Notes under the pieces: model-generated
The model's input: only the letters and a program-made list of their open reading frames with translations
What the model was told of the DNA's origin: nothing
Database searches by the model: none
Part shown: piece after piece, positions 35,471-47,101 of the stretch
Layout: each line of letters begins with the position of its first letter
Numbering within the stretch: position 1 is the first letter of the stretch
Position numbers and translations under genes: made by a program
Source of the DNA: Candidatus Desulfarcum epimagneticum
Lineage (GTDB): Bacteria; Desulfobacterota; Desulfobacteria; Desulfobacterales; CR-1
Reading direction: 5' to 3'
DNA length: 64,000 nucleotides
Assembly: GCA_900659855.1 (NCBI GenBank)
Contig: CAACVI010000051.1
Location: forward strand, 17,781-81,780

Positions 35471-37735
35471 GTGAGCAAACCATTGGTGATTGTTGAGTCT
35501 CCGGCCAAAATCAAAACCCTTAAAAAGCACCTGGGAGGCGGCTACAACGTGGCGGCCACCGTGGGCCACATCATGGATCTGCCGCCCCGGGAGCTGGGCA
35601 TTGACATCGAGGACGGTTTTAAACCCAGGTACGCCGGCATCCCCGGGAAAAAAAAGGTGATTTCTTCCCTGAAAAAGGCCGCCGCCGGGGCCATGGACAT
35701 CTACCTGGCCCCAGACCCCGACCGGGAGGGGGAGGCCATCGCCTGGCACGCGGCCGAGACGCTGAAAAAAAAGGGGAGGCGGTTTCACCGGGTGCTGTTC
35801 CACGAGCTGACCCCCAAGGCCGTGCGGGCGGCCATCCAGTCCCCGGAGGAACTCAACGCCCATAAGTACGAGGCGCAGAAGACCCGCCGGATACTGGACC
35901 GGCTGGTGGGCTACCAGATTTCCCCCCTTTTGTGGCGCAAGGTCAAAGGGGGGCTGAGCGCGGGCCGGGTCCAGTCGGTGGCCGTGAGGATCATCTGCGA
36001 GAGGGAACGGGCCATCCACGCCTTTGTTCCCGAGGAATACTGGTCCGTGACCGCTCTTCTCAAGACCGGCGACGGCGCGTCCTTCCCGGCCAGGCTGACC
36101 CGGAAAGACGGCAAAAAAATCAAGATTCCCGACGGCGAGGCGTCGGCGGCCATTGTCCGGGACTTGTCCCATGAGACCTATGAGGTTGAGAAAGTGGTCA
36201 AAAAGACCACGAAACGAAACCCCCTTCCCCCCTTTATCACCAGCAAACTTCAGCAGGAGGCCATTCGAAAGCTTCGGTTCACCGCCAAAAAAACCATGGC
36301 GGTGGCCCAGAAACTCTACGAGGGCGTGGATTTGGGAACCGGGGACCGCTCGGGGCTCATCACATACATGAGAACGGACTCCACCCGGATATCGGCCGAG
36401 GCGGCCGGCGAGGCGCTGGCCTTTATCCGGGACACATTCGGGAGCGACTTCGCCCCGGACAGGCCCCGGTTTTTCAAAAACCGGAAAAAGGTCCAGGACG
36501 CCCATGAGGCCATCCGGCCCACGTCGGTTTTCATCACCCCGGAAAAGGCGGCGTCGGCGCTGGACAAGGACGGGCTGGCCCTTTACACCCTGATATGGAA
36601 GCGTTTTGTGGCCTCCCAGATGAGTCAGGCCCTCATCGACAAGGTGTCGGCGTCCATCAAAGCCGGGGCCTACACGTTTTCCGCCTCGGGGTCCTCGGTG
36701 AAATTTCCGGGTTTCATGTCCCTGTACCAGTCCACGGACGCCAGGAAAGAAAACGAAAGAACACAGCTTCCCGATCTGTCCGGGGGCATGCCGCTCGATC
36801 TTGAGAAAATCGAGCCCAAACAGCATTTCACGGCTCCGCCGCCCCGTTTTTCCGAGGCGTCTTTGGTCAAAGAGCTGGAGGAGAACGGAATCGGACGCCC
36901 CAGCACCTACGCCGCCATCCTGTCCACCATACGGGACAAAGGCTATGTGGATCTGGTCCGGCGCTATTTCCGCCCCAATGAGCTGGGATTTATCGTCAAT
37001 GATCTTCTGGTTGAAAACTTCCCGGATGTGCTCAACGTGGATTTCACGGCGCGGATGGAGGACTCCCTGGACAGCGTCGAGGCGGCCTCGGCCAGGGGGC
37101 CGGATATTCTGGCCGGATTCTACGGCCCTTTCAAACAGGAGCTGGAATCCGCCGTTGAAGGCATGCTCAATATCAAGGGGGTGGGGTTTCCCACGGAGCT
37201 GAAATGCCCCGAATGCGGAGTCGCGCTGCATCTCAAAGTCAGCCGCTACGGGCCGTATCTCGCCTGCGACGCCTACCCGGACTGCTCATACACCAGCGAC
37301 TATGAAAGGGACGAGAAGGGAAAAATCAAACCCGTCAAGTCCCGGGCCGGCGAGGAGGCGGGCCGGGACTGCGCCAAATGCGGCCGGCCCATGATTATCA
37401 AAAGGGGAAGATACGGGGAGTTTCTGGCGTGCTCCGGATACCCGGAGTGCAAAAACACCCTGTCCGTGAGTTCCGGCGGCGCCACCGGGGTGAAATGCCC
37501 CGGGAAAGACTGCGACGGCGACATTGTGGAAAGGAAATCCAAGCGGGGAAAGATTTTTTACGGATGCGCCCGGTTTCCGGAATGCAAATTCGCCTCCTGG
37601 GACAAGCCCGTGAACGAGGCCTGCCCCCAGTGCGGCTCTGTCTACCTGCTTGAAAAAACAACCAAGAAATCAGGCCGGCGCCTGGCGTGCCCGGACAAGT
37701 CCTGCCGGTATGTCCGGGAGCTGGACGGCCCCTGA
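35471..37735 (+). CDS. topA: DNA topoisomerase I
   Basis: GTG start gives VSKPLVIVESPAKIKTL (TOPRIM). Catalytic Tyr context ITYMRTDS. Four C-terminal CxxC...CxxC zinc ribbons. The ORF is open from 35387, but that extension lacks similarity to TopA N-termini. Confidence 0.93.
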   Translation: MSKPLVIVESPAKIKTLKKHLGGGYNVAATVGHIMDLPPRELGIDIEDGFKPRYAGIPGKKKVISSLKKAAAGAMDIYLAPDPDREGEAIAWHAAETLKKKGRRFHRVLFHELTPKAVRAAIQSPEELNAHKYEAQKTRRILDRLVGYQISPLLWRKVKGGLSAGRVQSVAVRIICERERAIHAFVPEEYWSVTALLKTGDGASFPARLTRKDGKKIKIPDGEASAAIVRDLSHETYEVEKVVKKTTKRNPLPPFITSKLQQEAIRKLRFTAKKTMAVAQKLYEGVDLGTGDRSGLITYMRTDSTRISAEAAGEALAFIRDTFGSDFAPDRPRFFKNRKKVQDAHEAIRPTSVFITPEKAASALDKDGLALYTLIWKRFVASQMSQALIDKVSASIKAGAYTFSASGSSVKFPGFMSLYQSTDARKENERTQLPDLSGGMPLDLEKIEPKQHFTAPPPRFSEASLVKELEENGIGRPSTYAAILSTIRDKGYVDLVRRYFRPNELGFIVNDLLVENFPDVLNVDFTARMEDSLDSVEAASARGPDILAGFYGPFKQELESAVEGMLNIKGVGFPTELKCPECGVALHLKVSRYGPYLACDAYPDCSYTSDYERDEKGKIKPVKSRAGEEAGRDCAKCGRPMIIKRGRYGEFLACSGYPECKNTLSVSSGGATGVKCPGKDCDGDIVERKSKRGKIFYGCARFPECKFASWDKPVNEACPQCGSVYLLEKTTKKSGRRLACPDKSCRYVRELDGP

Positions 37736-37757
37736 CGGCGCCTTTCAGGCGTCGGGA

Positions 37758-38531
37758 TCACACATCGAAGAACGCCCGAAGGATCACGGCGCCGAAAAAC
37801 ACATAAAAAATCGCGCCCATGGCCAGAAAAGGCCCGAAGGGGATGGGGGTCTTCATTCCCTTTTTTCCCTTTGCCATGACGGCCAGGCCCGCGAGGGTTC
37901 CGGCCGTGGACCCTGAAAAAAGACAGAACAAAGCCCCCTGCCATCCGGCGAAGGCCCCGATCATGGCCAGCAGCTTGATGTCGCCTCCCCCGATTCCCTC
38001 GATTCCCGATATTTTTTTGTAGGACCAGGCGACGGCGAAAAGGACGCCTCCGCCGGCCCCCGCGCCTGTGACGGAGTCCCAAAGGGTCAAGTCGGGCAGG
38101 ACGAGCGAGGCGCCGAGCCCGGCGAAAATTCCCGGGATCGTGATGGAGTCGGGGATGATGAAATGGGCGGCGTCAATGAAGGCGATGACGATGAGCGCCG
38201 AAATAAAGGCGAAATAAACGATTCCGGGGACGGACGGACCGAAGCGGAGAAAGACCGCCGCGGCGGCCAGCCCCCCCAGGATCTCCACCGCCGCGTAACG
38301 GACGGATATCCGCCCCCCGCACCGCCGGCATTTTCCCCGAAGGATCGCCTGGCTCAAAAGGGGGATATTGTCGTAAAACCGGATGGGCGCCCGGCACCGG
38401 GGGCACATGGACCCCGGCCGGACAATGGAGCGTCCCCCGGGAATTCTCGCCACGCACACATTCAAAAAACTCCCCACGATGGCCCCTGTCATAAACACGA
38501 TTAAAACCGCCGCCGTCATCGGTCCGTCCAT
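37758..38531 (-). CDS. pilD: prepilin peptidase (A24 family)
   Basis: CPRC...CRRC zinc motif, GGGDIKLLAMIG catalytic Asp motif, polytopic membrane protein. Start chosen at MDGPMTAAVLIV. Confidence 0.85.
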   Translation of the reverse strand: MDGPMTAAVLIVFMTGAIVGSFLNVCVARIPGGRSIVRPGSMCPRCRAPIRFYDNIPLLSQAILRGKCRRCGGRISVRYAAVEILGGLAAAAVFLRFGPSVPGIVYFAFISALIVIAFIDAAHFIIPDSITIPGIFAGLGASLVLPDLTLWDSVTGAGAGGGVLFAVAWSYKKISGIEGIGGGDIKLLAMIGAFAGWQGALFCLFSGSTAGTLAGLAVMAKGKKGMKTPIPFGPFLAMGAIFYVFFGAVILRAFFDV

Positions 38532-38720
38532 CCTTTTCCCGCTCGAAAAATAAAGAAAAACGCGCGGATTTGTGTTGTAATTGGCAAAATATGCGTTATA
38601 TTTATGGCATCCAGGGCTTTTATCCCGCCCTTCATCCCACCGGTTATTACACCGGCGGCTTGAAAAAATACACATTTTTTTTAAAAAATCCCGGGCCCCC
38701 CAACAAAAACAGGAGACAAG

Positions 38721-41096
38721 ATGGCCGTGGCCGATAAAGACGATTTGATCAGTATTCTTGAGGAAGACAAACCATCAGATATACCCGCCTCCCTGCCCCT
38801 GATGCCGGTTCGGGACGTGGTGATTTTCACCGATATGCTTCTGCCCCTTTTCGTGGGAAGGGAAAAATCCGTCCGCGCCATTGAAAAAGCGGTGGCCCGG
38901 GACGGGTATCTTTTCCTGGCGACCCAGAAGGATCAGACATCTGAAAACCCCAAGTCATCGGACATTTACGAGGTGGGCACCATCTGCCGGGCGCTCAGGA
39001 TGCTCAAACTGCCCGACGGACGGGTGAAAGCCCTGGTCCAGGGGGTGGCCAAGGCCCGGGTGGTCCGCTACATTCAGAAAAGGCGGATGTTTTATGTGGC
39101 CGCTGAAATCATTGAGGACAAAGAGCTTGAAAAGACCTCCATGGAAGTGGAGGCCCTGATGCGGAACATCCGGGAATATTCGGAGAAGATACTGTCGCTT
39201 CGGGGCGAGTTCACCGGCGACGTGTCCAATATCCTGAAAAGCATCACGGACCCGGGCAAACTGGCGGACCTGGTGGCCTCGAACCTTCGTTTGAAGGTGG
39301 AGGAGTCCCAGATGGTTCTGGAGATCACGGACCCGGTCAAACGCCTTCGCAAGGTCAACGACATGCTCACCAAGGAGGTGGAGCTGTCCTCGATCCAGGC
39401 CAAAATCCAGTCGGATGTCAAAGACGAGATTTCAAAAAATCAGCGGGACCATTTTTTAAGAGAGCAGGTCCGGGCCATTTACCGGGAGCTGGGGGAAAAA
39501 GACGACCGGGCCGTGGAGATTGAGGACTACGAGAAAAAGATCAAACGGGCCAAAATGCCGGCCGAGGCCCAAAAAGAGGCCCATAAGGAGCTTAAGCGCC
39601 TGGAGCAGATGCACCCCGACTCGGCGGAGTCAGGCGTGGTCCGGACCTATCTGGACTGGCTCACGGCCATGCCCTGGAGCAAGTCCACCCGGGATGTCAT
39701 GGATATCCCGCGCGCCAAAGACATTCTGGACATGGAGCATCACGGCCTGGAGAAGATCAAGGACCTGATCCTGGAATACTTAAGCGCCCGAAAGCTCAAT
39801 CCCAAGATGAAAGGCCCCATCCTGTGCTTTGTGGGCCCCCCGGGCGTGGGAAAAACCTCGCTGGGAAAGGCCGTGGCCCAGGCCATGAAACGAAAGTTCA
39901 CCCGGATTTCCCTTGGCGGGATCCGGGACGAGGCCGAAATCCGGGGGCACCGGCGCACCTACATCGGGGCCATGCCCGGCAGAATTCTCCAGGGCCTGAA
40001 ACAGTGCAAGACCCGCAACCCGGTCTTCATGATGGACGAGATCGACAAGATCGGAGCCGATTTCCGGGGCGACCCATCCTCGGCCCTTCTGGAGGCCCTG
40101 GACCCTGAGCAGAACGCCGAGTTCAGCGATCATTACCTCAACCTCCACTTTGATCTGTCCAGAGTCATGTTCATCATGACCGCCAACCGCGTGGACACCA
40201 TCCCTTCGGCCCTTTTAGACCGCATGGAGGTGATTGAGCTGTCGGGCTACGATTATGACGAGAAACGGATCATCGCCCGAAAGCATCTTCTGCCCCGCCG
40301 GATCAAGGAAAACGGCCTTAAATGGAACCAGATTTCCATCAGCCCCGGGGCGCTGGGCCTGATTATCTCCCAATACACCTCCGAGGCGGGCCTGCGAAAC
40401 CTGGAGCGGGAGCTGGGCGCCGTGTGCCGGAAGGTGGCCCGGAAAATCGCCGAGGGGCTGCGGGGGCGCTTTCACGTGACCGCCGCCAACCTGAAGAAAT
40501 ACTTAGGCCCCCCCAGGTATATTCCGGAGATGGACCAGGAAAAAAGCGCCGTGGGGCTTTCCACCGGGCTGGCCTGGACCCAGGCCGGGGGAGAGACGCT
40601 TTACATCGAGGCCGCCTTTTTGAGCGGCAAGGGAGAGCTGACGGTGACCGGCCAGATCGGGGAGGTGATGCAGGAATCCGCCAAGGCGGCGGTGACCTAT
40701 GCCCGTTCCAGTCTCAAGGCCCTGGGCAGGAAGGAGAATTTTTTTGAAAATCTCGATGTCCATATCCATGTGCCGGCCGGCGCCATTCCCAAGGACGGCC
40801 CTTCGGCGGGCATCGCCATGGCCGTGGCCATTATCTCCGCCATCGTGGAAAAACCCGTGGACCAATACATCGCCATGACCGGCGAGATCACCATCCGGGG
40901 CCGGGCGCTTCCCATCGGCGGTCTTAAGGAAAAGGCCCTGGGCGCCATCCGGGGAGGGATTCGCGCCATCATCATCCCGGAAAAAAATAAAAAAGACTTA
41001 GAGGAAATGCCGGCCAGCGTGAAAAAGAAAATCAAGTTTTTCCCGGTCAAACACGTGGACGAGGCGCTGAGACTGGCCCTGAAAGAGTCGGAATGA
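38721..41096 (+). CDS. lon: ATP-dependent Lon protease
   Basis: LON N-domain, Walker A GPPGVGKTS and protease Ser in PKDGPSAGIAM. Confidence 0.96.
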   Translation: MAVADKDDLISILEEDKPSDIPASLPLMPVRDVVIFTDMLLPLFVGREKSVRAIEKAVARDGYLFLATQKDQTSENPKSSDIYEVGTICRALRMLKLPDGRVKALVQGVAKARVVRYIQKRRMFYVAAEIIEDKELEKTSMEVEALMRNIREYSEKILSLRGEFTGDVSNILKSITDPGKLADLVASNLRLKVEESQMVLEITDPVKRLRKVNDMLTKEVELSSIQAKIQSDVKDEISKNQRDHFLREQVRAIYRELGEKDDRAVEIEDYEKKIKRAKMPAEAQKEAHKELKRLEQMHPDSAESGVVRTYLDWLTAMPWSKSTRDVMDIPRAKDILDMEHHGLEKIKDLILEYLSARKLNPKMKGPILCFVGPPGVGKTSLGKAVAQAMKRKFTRISLGGIRDEAEIRGHRRTYIGAMPGRILQGLKQCKTRNPVFMMDEIDKIGADFRGDPSSALLEALDPEQNAEFSDHYLNLHFDLSRVMFIMTANRVDTIPSALLDRMEVIELSGYDYDEKRIIARKHLLPRRIKENGLKWNQISISPGALGLIISQYTSEAGLRNLERELGAVCRKVARKIAEGLRGRFHVTAANLKKYLGPPRYIPEMDQEKSAVGLSTGLAWTQAGGETLYIEAAFLSGKGELTVTGQIGEVMQESAKAAVTYARSSLKALGRKENFFENLDVHIHVPAGAIPKDGPSAGIAMAVAIISAIVEKPVDQYIAMTGEITIRGRALPIGGLKEKALGAIRGGIRAIIIPEKNKKDLEEMPASVKKKIKFFPVKHVDEALRLALKESE

Positions 41097-41809
41097 AGAT
41101 TCTCGCCGCGGACACCGGGACGAATATCTGCTCCGTCGCCGTCTGCGGGGACGGGGAAATTCTCGCGGAGATATCCGCCAATACCCGCCAGACCCACTCC
41201 CGGCATCTTTTGAGGCTGGTCCGCCAGGCCCTGGACATGGCCGGGCTTTCGATTTCGGAGATCGACGCCTTCGCCGCCGCCACAGGACCCGGGTCTTTCA
41301 CCGGCCTTCGCATCGGCGTCGCCTCCATCCAGGGGCTGGCCGCGGCGTCGGGAAAACCGGCGGCGGGAATCCCCAGTCTGAAGGCCCTGGCCTGGCAGGC
41401 CCCCTTTGCCTCCGGACGCGTCATTCCCTTTGTGGAGGCCGGGCGGGGCGAGGTGTTTTTCCGCCTTTGCCGTTTCGCCGACAGCGGGCTGGAGACCCTT
41501 CAGGATGACGCGGTCATGCCCCCTGGAAAGGCCCTGGAAGGCCTGACAGGCCCCTGCTTTTTCATCGGAAACGCGGCCCTTCGGCGAAGGGGCCTGATTG
41601 AAAAAACCCTGGGGGAGGCGGCCTTTTTTCCTCCTTCGTGCCACCACCATCTCCGTCCGTCCACCCTGGCGTTTCTGGCCCGGGAAAAAATTCAGAAACA
41701 AAAGGGCCCGGGTCCCGGCCCCCTGGCGCCCCGGTACGTGAGAAAACCGGACGCCGAGGTCAAAAGACGCCTCCTGGAGCCCGGTTTCCGGGTCCCGGAC
41801 GGCCCCTGA
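41093..41809 (+). CDS. tsaB: tRNA t6A biosynthesis protein TsaB (YeaZ)
   Basis: MKILAADTGTNICSVAV and GPGSFTGLRIG. Start overlaps the lon stop. Confidence 0.85.
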   Translation: MKILAADTGTNICSVAVCGDGEILAEISANTRQTHSRHLLRLVRQALDMAGLSISEIDAFAAATGPGSFTGLRIGVASIQGLAAASGKPAAGIPSLKALAWQAPFASGRVIPFVEAGRGEVFFRLCRFADSGLETLQDDAVMPPGKALEGLTGPCFFIGNAALRRRGLIEKTLGEAAFFPPSCHHHLRPSTLAFLAREKIQKQKGPGPGPLAPRYVRKPDAEVKRRLLEPGFRVPDGP

Positions 41810-41904
41810 CCCGTCTTTTTCAGGTTTTTCCTTGATTTTAGGGTTGATTTTATTCTCTTTTTCTGGTTAATCTGAATGATTTCATTTTCAACAGGAAAGG
41901 AGCC

Positions 41905-42573
41905 ATGGACACATTCAGCCTTCCGGATCAAAAAACGTTCGCCTTTAACATCGCCAGGCCGGGATGGCCGCTCATAGGGGCCCTGGCCTTTTTCGCCGCT
42001 CTTTTCGCCCTGTTCGGGCTGGGGTGGGCCGCCGCGGCGTTTTCGGGCGCCGCGCTTTTTGTCTGTTTTTTTTTCCGGGACCCCCAAAGGCCCGTTCCTT
42101 CCGGGGAAAAGGCCCTCGTGTCGCCGGCCGACGGCCGGGTGATTTTCGCCGGGACCGCGGACGGGAAACATTTTTACCCGGGGGAATGCGTGAAGATCAG
42201 CGTGTTCATGTCGGTTTTTAATGTCCATGTGAACCGGATTCCGGAAAGCGGAAAGGTGAAAAAGATATGGTATTTCCCGGGCCGTTTTTTTTCGGCCAAC
42301 CTGGACAAGGCGTCGGAGCAAAACGAGCATAACGCGATTTTCCTTGAAACCGACCGGGGTCATGCGATATGTGTGGTTCAGATCGCCGGTCTCATCGCCA
42401 GACGGATTCTGTGCGACATTTCCGGCGGGGACTCCGTCAAACGGGGAGAGAGGCTCGGGATGATCTGCTTCGGCTCCCGGGTGGATCTGTATCTGCCCCC
42501 GGATTTTACGCTTTCCGTGAAAAAAGGGGACCGCGTCAAGGCGGCCTCCTCCATCATGGGATATTTGGAATGA
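41905..42573 (+). CDS. psd: phosphatidylserine decarboxylase proenzyme (short form)
   Basis: N-terminal TM segments. Autocleavage motif FGSRVD near the C-terminus. Adjacent to pssA. Confidence 0.85.
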   Translation: MDTFSLPDQKTFAFNIARPGWPLIGALAFFAALFALFGLGWAAAAFSGAALFVCFFFRDPQRPVPSGEKALVSPADGRVIFAGTADGKHFYPGECVKISVFMSVFNVHVNRIPESGKVKKIWYFPGRFFSANLDKASEQNEHNAIFLETDRGHAICVVQIAGLIARRILCDISGGDSVKRGERLGMICFGSRVDLYLPPDFTLSVKKGDRVKAASSIMGYLE

Positions 42574-42628
42574 CGGAACAAAGATCCGAAACCGGAAGGC
42601 AGGATTATTCTTGACGGGGAAAAAACAG

Positions 42629-43405
42629 ATGAAAAAAAGATTTGAAAAAGAGCGGCTTAAAAAAGGGATATATATTCTTCCCAACATCTTCACGACCCTG
42701 AATATTTTTTGCGGGTTTTACGCCATTGTGGCCGCCATAGACGGGAAATACACGGCCGGGGCCATATCCATCCTGATCGCGGGGATATTCGACTCCCTGG
42801 ACGGGAAAATCGCCCGGGCCACCCGAACCTCCAGCCGTTTCGGAGTGGAGTACGATTCTTTGGCCGACCTGGTCTCCTTCGGCATGGCGCCGGCGGTGAT
42901 GATGTACATGTGGGCGCTCAGACCCATGGGCAGGATCGGCTGGCTGGCGGCTTTCCTGTTTATGGTGTGCGGGGCGCTTCGCCTGGCCCGTTTCAACACC
43001 CAGTCGGATTCCATGAGCGGGGAATATTTCCAGGGCCTTCCCATACCCGCCGCCGCGGGCATGACCGCCGTCTCCGCGCTTTTTTTCCAGGCGATGGGCA
43101 TTCCCGGGGACGCTTTTCCGGCTGTGATCATGGTCATGCTCTACACCCTGGCCTTTCTGATGGTCAGCAGCATCCGGTATCACAGTTTTAAGAAAAAACC
43201 CGAGCTGTTCAAAAAGATGAATTTCAACGCCCTGGTCATCGTGGTTCTGGGCCTGATTTTCATCGCGGCGCAGCCCTCCGTGGCCCTGTTTTCCATGGCC
43301 GTTTTATACACGCTTTCAGGGCCCTTCTTTCTCCTGTGGCGCCATGTCAGGCATAAGCGGCCCGAAAAGAAAAAAACCGGCGAGGGAAAACCGGGACCGT
43401 TTTGA
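42629..43405 (+). CDS. pssA: CDP-diacylglycerol--serine O-phosphatidyltransferase
   Basis: CDP-alcohol phosphatidyltransferase motif DSLDGKIARATRTSSRFGVEYDSLADLVSFG. ATG at 42629 preferred over TTG at 42611. Confidence 0.85.
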   Translation: MKKRFEKERLKKGIYILPNIFTTLNIFCGFYAIVAAIDGKYTAGAISILIAGIFDSLDGKIARATRTSSRFGVEYDSLADLVSFGMAPAVMMYMWALRPMGRIGWLAAFLFMVCGALRLARFNTQSDSMSGEYFQGLPIPAAAGMTAVSALFFQAMGIPGDAFPAVIMVMLYTLAFLMVSSIRYHSFKKKPELFKKMNFNALVIVVLGLIFIAAQPSVALFSMAVLYTLSGPFFLLWRHVRHKRPEKKKTGEGKPGPF

Positions 43406-43460
43406 AACCGTCCTTCGCCCGGCGTCCCGCCCGTCAAACTTTTTTCCGGACAGTGTGGTC

Positions 43461-44534
43461 ATGAAAAAAAAATATCGCATATCGGTGATCCCGGGGGACG
43501 GCATCGGCCCTGAGATCGCGGAAGAGGGGATCAGGGCCGCCGACGCTTCGGCGAAGCGCCTCGGCTTTGATCTGGATTTTGATTATTTCCCCATCGGGGG
43601 GAGCCATTATCTTAAAACCGGGGAGCTTCTTGAAGACAGTGTCTTAGACTCCCTTTCCGGATCGGACGCCATATACCTGGGGGCCATCGGGACCCCGGAG
43701 GTGAAACCGGGAATTCTTGAAAAAGAGATTTTGCTCAAGCTCCGGTTTTCCCTGGATCAGTATATCAACTTAAGGCCGGCCAAACTGTACAAAGGGGTGG
43801 AGACCCCCCTGAAGGACAAGGGGCCGGACGACATTGACTTTGTGGTGATCCGGGAAAACACAGAGGGCATGTATTCGGGCGCCGGGGGATTTTTGAAACG
43901 GGGAACCGAAGACGAGGTGGCCCTCCAGGAGTCCATCAGCACCCGAAGGGGAACCGAGCGCTGCGTTCGCCACGCCTTTGAATTTTGCCGAAAACGCCCG
44001 CCCGGAAAGAGAAAACTGACCCTTTGCGGCAAAACCAACGTGCTGACCTACGCCTTTGATCTCTGGGACAGGGTCTTTAATGAAGTGGCCGGGGAGTTTC
44101 CCGATGTGGAGACGGACTACATGCACGTGGACGCGACCTGCATGTGGATGGTGAAAAATCCCGAAACGTTTGACGTGATTTTGACGGACAACATGTTCGG
44201 GGACATCATCACGGACCTGGCCGCCATGATACAGGGGGGAATGGGCGTGGCCGCCGGCGCCAACATTCACCCCGGGGGCGTGTCCATGTTTGAGCCCATC
44301 GGCGGCTCGGCGCCGAAATACGCCGGAAAACAGATGGCCAATCCCGTGGGCGCCGTTCTGGCCGCGGCCATGATGCTTGATGAGCTTGGAGAGAGCCGGG
44401 CCGCGTCGCTCATCGAATCGGCGGTGGCCCGGGCGCTGGCCGGGGATTTCGCCGGAGCGGGCGCCGGAAAAATGGGGATGTCCACCCGCGGGGCCGGGGA
44501 TGTCATCGTCAATTATATCAACACTCTGGAATAA
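43461..44534 (+). CDS. leuB: 3-isopropylmalate dehydrogenase family enzyme (LeuB/TtuC-like)
   Basis: Start at MKKKYRISVIPGDGIGPEI. NMFGDIITDLAA and GGSAPKYAG motifs. Synteny with asd. Exact substrate is not decidable from sequence alone. Confidence 0.75.
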   Translation: MKKKYRISVIPGDGIGPEIAEEGIRAADASAKRLGFDLDFDYFPIGGSHYLKTGELLEDSVLDSLSGSDAIYLGAIGTPEVKPGILEKEILLKLRFSLDQYINLRPAKLYKGVETPLKDKGPDDIDFVVIRENTEGMYSGAGGFLKRGTEDEVALQESISTRRGTERCVRHAFEFCRKRPPGKRKLTLCGKTNVLTYAFDLWDRVFNEVAGEFPDVETDYMHVDATCMWMVKNPETFDVILTDNMFGDIITDLAAMIQGGMGVAAGANIHPGGVSMFEPIGGSAPKYAGKQMANPVGAVLAAAMMLDELGESRAASLIESAVARALAGDFAGAGAGKMGMSTRGAGDVIVNYINTLE

Positions 44535-44549
44535 ATGGAGAGAAAAATA

Positions 44550-45572
<1,023 letters not shown>

Positions 45573-45594
45573 ACACAATTAAGGAGAAAGAGAT

Positions 45595-46062
45595 TTGGAA
45601 AGAGTTCCCATCACCCGCGCGGGCTACAAAGTGTTAAAAGAGGAGCTGGGTCGTCTCAAAACCGTCGAGCGTCCGGAAAATATCAAGGCCATTGAAGAGG
45701 CCCGGGCGCATGGCGATCTTTCCGAGAACGCCGAGTTTGAAGCCGCCAAGGAACGTCAGGGTTTTCTTGAAGGACGCATCGGGGAACTCGAATACAAACT
45801 GGGAAACGCGGATGTCATTGATCCCGATGAAACGCCCAAGGACCGGGCCGTTTTCGCGTGCACGGTGACCCTGGAAAACATCGACACCGGCGAGAGCCTG
45901 CGATATCAGCTCGTGGGCCCCGATGAGTCCAATGTGCAGAAAGGAAAAATATCGGTCTCTTCCCCGCTGGGAAGGGCCATCATCGGAAAACGGACGGGAG
46001 ATGAAATCACCATGCAGGCCCCGGGAGGAAAAAGGTACTATGAGCTGATGGAGATCGCATAG
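45595..46062 (+). CDS. greA: transcription elongation factor GreA
   Basis: TTG start after AAGGAG. ITRAGYKVLKEELGRLK...DLSENAEFEAAKERQ coiled-coil with acidic tip. Confidence 0.92.
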   Translation: MERVPITRAGYKVLKEELGRLKTVERPENIKAIEEARAHGDLSENAEFEAAKERQGFLEGRIGELEYKLGNADVIDPDETPKDRAVFACTVTLENIDTGESLRYQLVGPDESNVQKGKISVSSPLGRAIIGKRTGDEITMQAPGGKRYYELMEIA

Positions 46063-46109
46063 GACCGGGGCCTTTTCAACCCATACCATATGAGAGGAAA
46101 TCAAACGCA

Positions 46110-46304
46110 GTGGCGAGAATAACCATTGAAGACTGTCTGAAAACAGTTCCAAACCGTTTTAAAATTGTGAATATGGCCGCCAAACGGGTCAAACAGATCC
46201 GGGACGGCTCCGAATACCTGGTCAGCGCGCCCAAAAACGAGGACATCGTGGTGGCGCTTCGGGAAATCGCGGCGAGAAAACTCATTGAAAAAAGAGGCGA
46301 ATAA
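46110..46304 (+). CDS. rpoZ: RNA polymerase omega subunit
   Basis: GTG start. ARITIEDCLKTVPNRFKIVNMAAKRVKQI. Confidence 0.9.
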   Translation: MARITIEDCLKTVPNRFKIVNMAAKRVKQIRDGSEYLVSAPKNEDIVVALREIAARKLIEKRGE

Positions 46305-46325
46305 AAACATAGAGCCGGGCGCCCC

Positions 46326-47075
46326 ATGGGCGCGGGATTATTGAGGGAATTTAAAAAAACACGCGCATACAGAAACGTCAACCGCCCCATGGGAAAGGCC
46401 CTGGCGGCCTACGACATGATATCCGAAGGCGACCGGATCGCCGTGGGGATCTCAGGGGGGAGCGACAGCCTTTCGCTCATGGCCCTTTTGCATGAGCGCA
46501 TGTCCAGGGCGCCGGTTCGTTACGAGCTGTTCGGCGTTCATATTGATCTGGGCTTCGGGGGGGATGAAAGCGCCGCCATTGAGGATTTTTTTCAAAAAAA
46601 GGGCTTGTGCCTGCGTGTTGAAAAGACCGATTACGGCCCTTTGGCCCACGGCCCCGAAAACAGGGAAAACCCCTGTTTCCTTTGCGCCAGGCTCAGGCGG
46701 AAGCGAATGTTTGAGGCGGCTGACGCGCTTGACTGCGGAAAAATCGCCCTGGGTCACAACCGGGACGATTTCATTGAAACCTTTTTTTTGAATATGTTTT
46801 ACGCCGGGGACATGCGCGCCATGCCCCCCAGTCAATCGTTTTTCGACGGAAAATTCACCGTGATACGCCCCTTTGCCTTTACCGAAAAAAGGGCCATCCT
46901 TCGTTTTTCAAAGCGGATGGAATTTCCCGATATTCAAAATCCCTGCCCGAGCGCCTCAAACTCGAAACGGCTGGAAATCAGGCGGATGCTGGCGGATTTC
47001 CACAGCGAAAACGACAAAATAACGGGCAATATTTTCAGGGCCATGCGCCGCCCGTCAACCGGCCCTTTCCTGTGA
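46326..47075 (+). CDS. ttcA: TtcA-family tRNA 2-thiolation PP-loop ATPase
   Basis: PP-loop VGISGGSDSLSL and Cys pairs NPCFLCARL and NPCPSAS. Confidence 0.8.
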   Translation: MGAGLLREFKKTRAYRNVNRPMGKALAAYDMISEGDRIAVGISGGSDSLSLMALLHERMSRAPVRYELFGVHIDLGFGGDESAAIEDFFQKKGLCLRVEKTDYGPLAHGPENRENPCFLCARLRRKRMFEAADALDCGKIALGHNRDDFIETFFLNMFYAGDMRAMPPSQSFFDGKFTVIRPFAFTEKRAILRFSKRMEFPDIQNPCPSASNSKRLEIRRMLADFHSENDKITGNIFRAMRRPSTGPFL

Positions 47076-47101
47076 AAAAGGCCCGGGATTGAACGAGAGA
47101 A

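Noticed and set aside
35360-37231. 623-aa ORF on the minus strand
   Set aside because: It is antisense to topA, has no recognisable motifs, and shows the same high-GC artefact composition.
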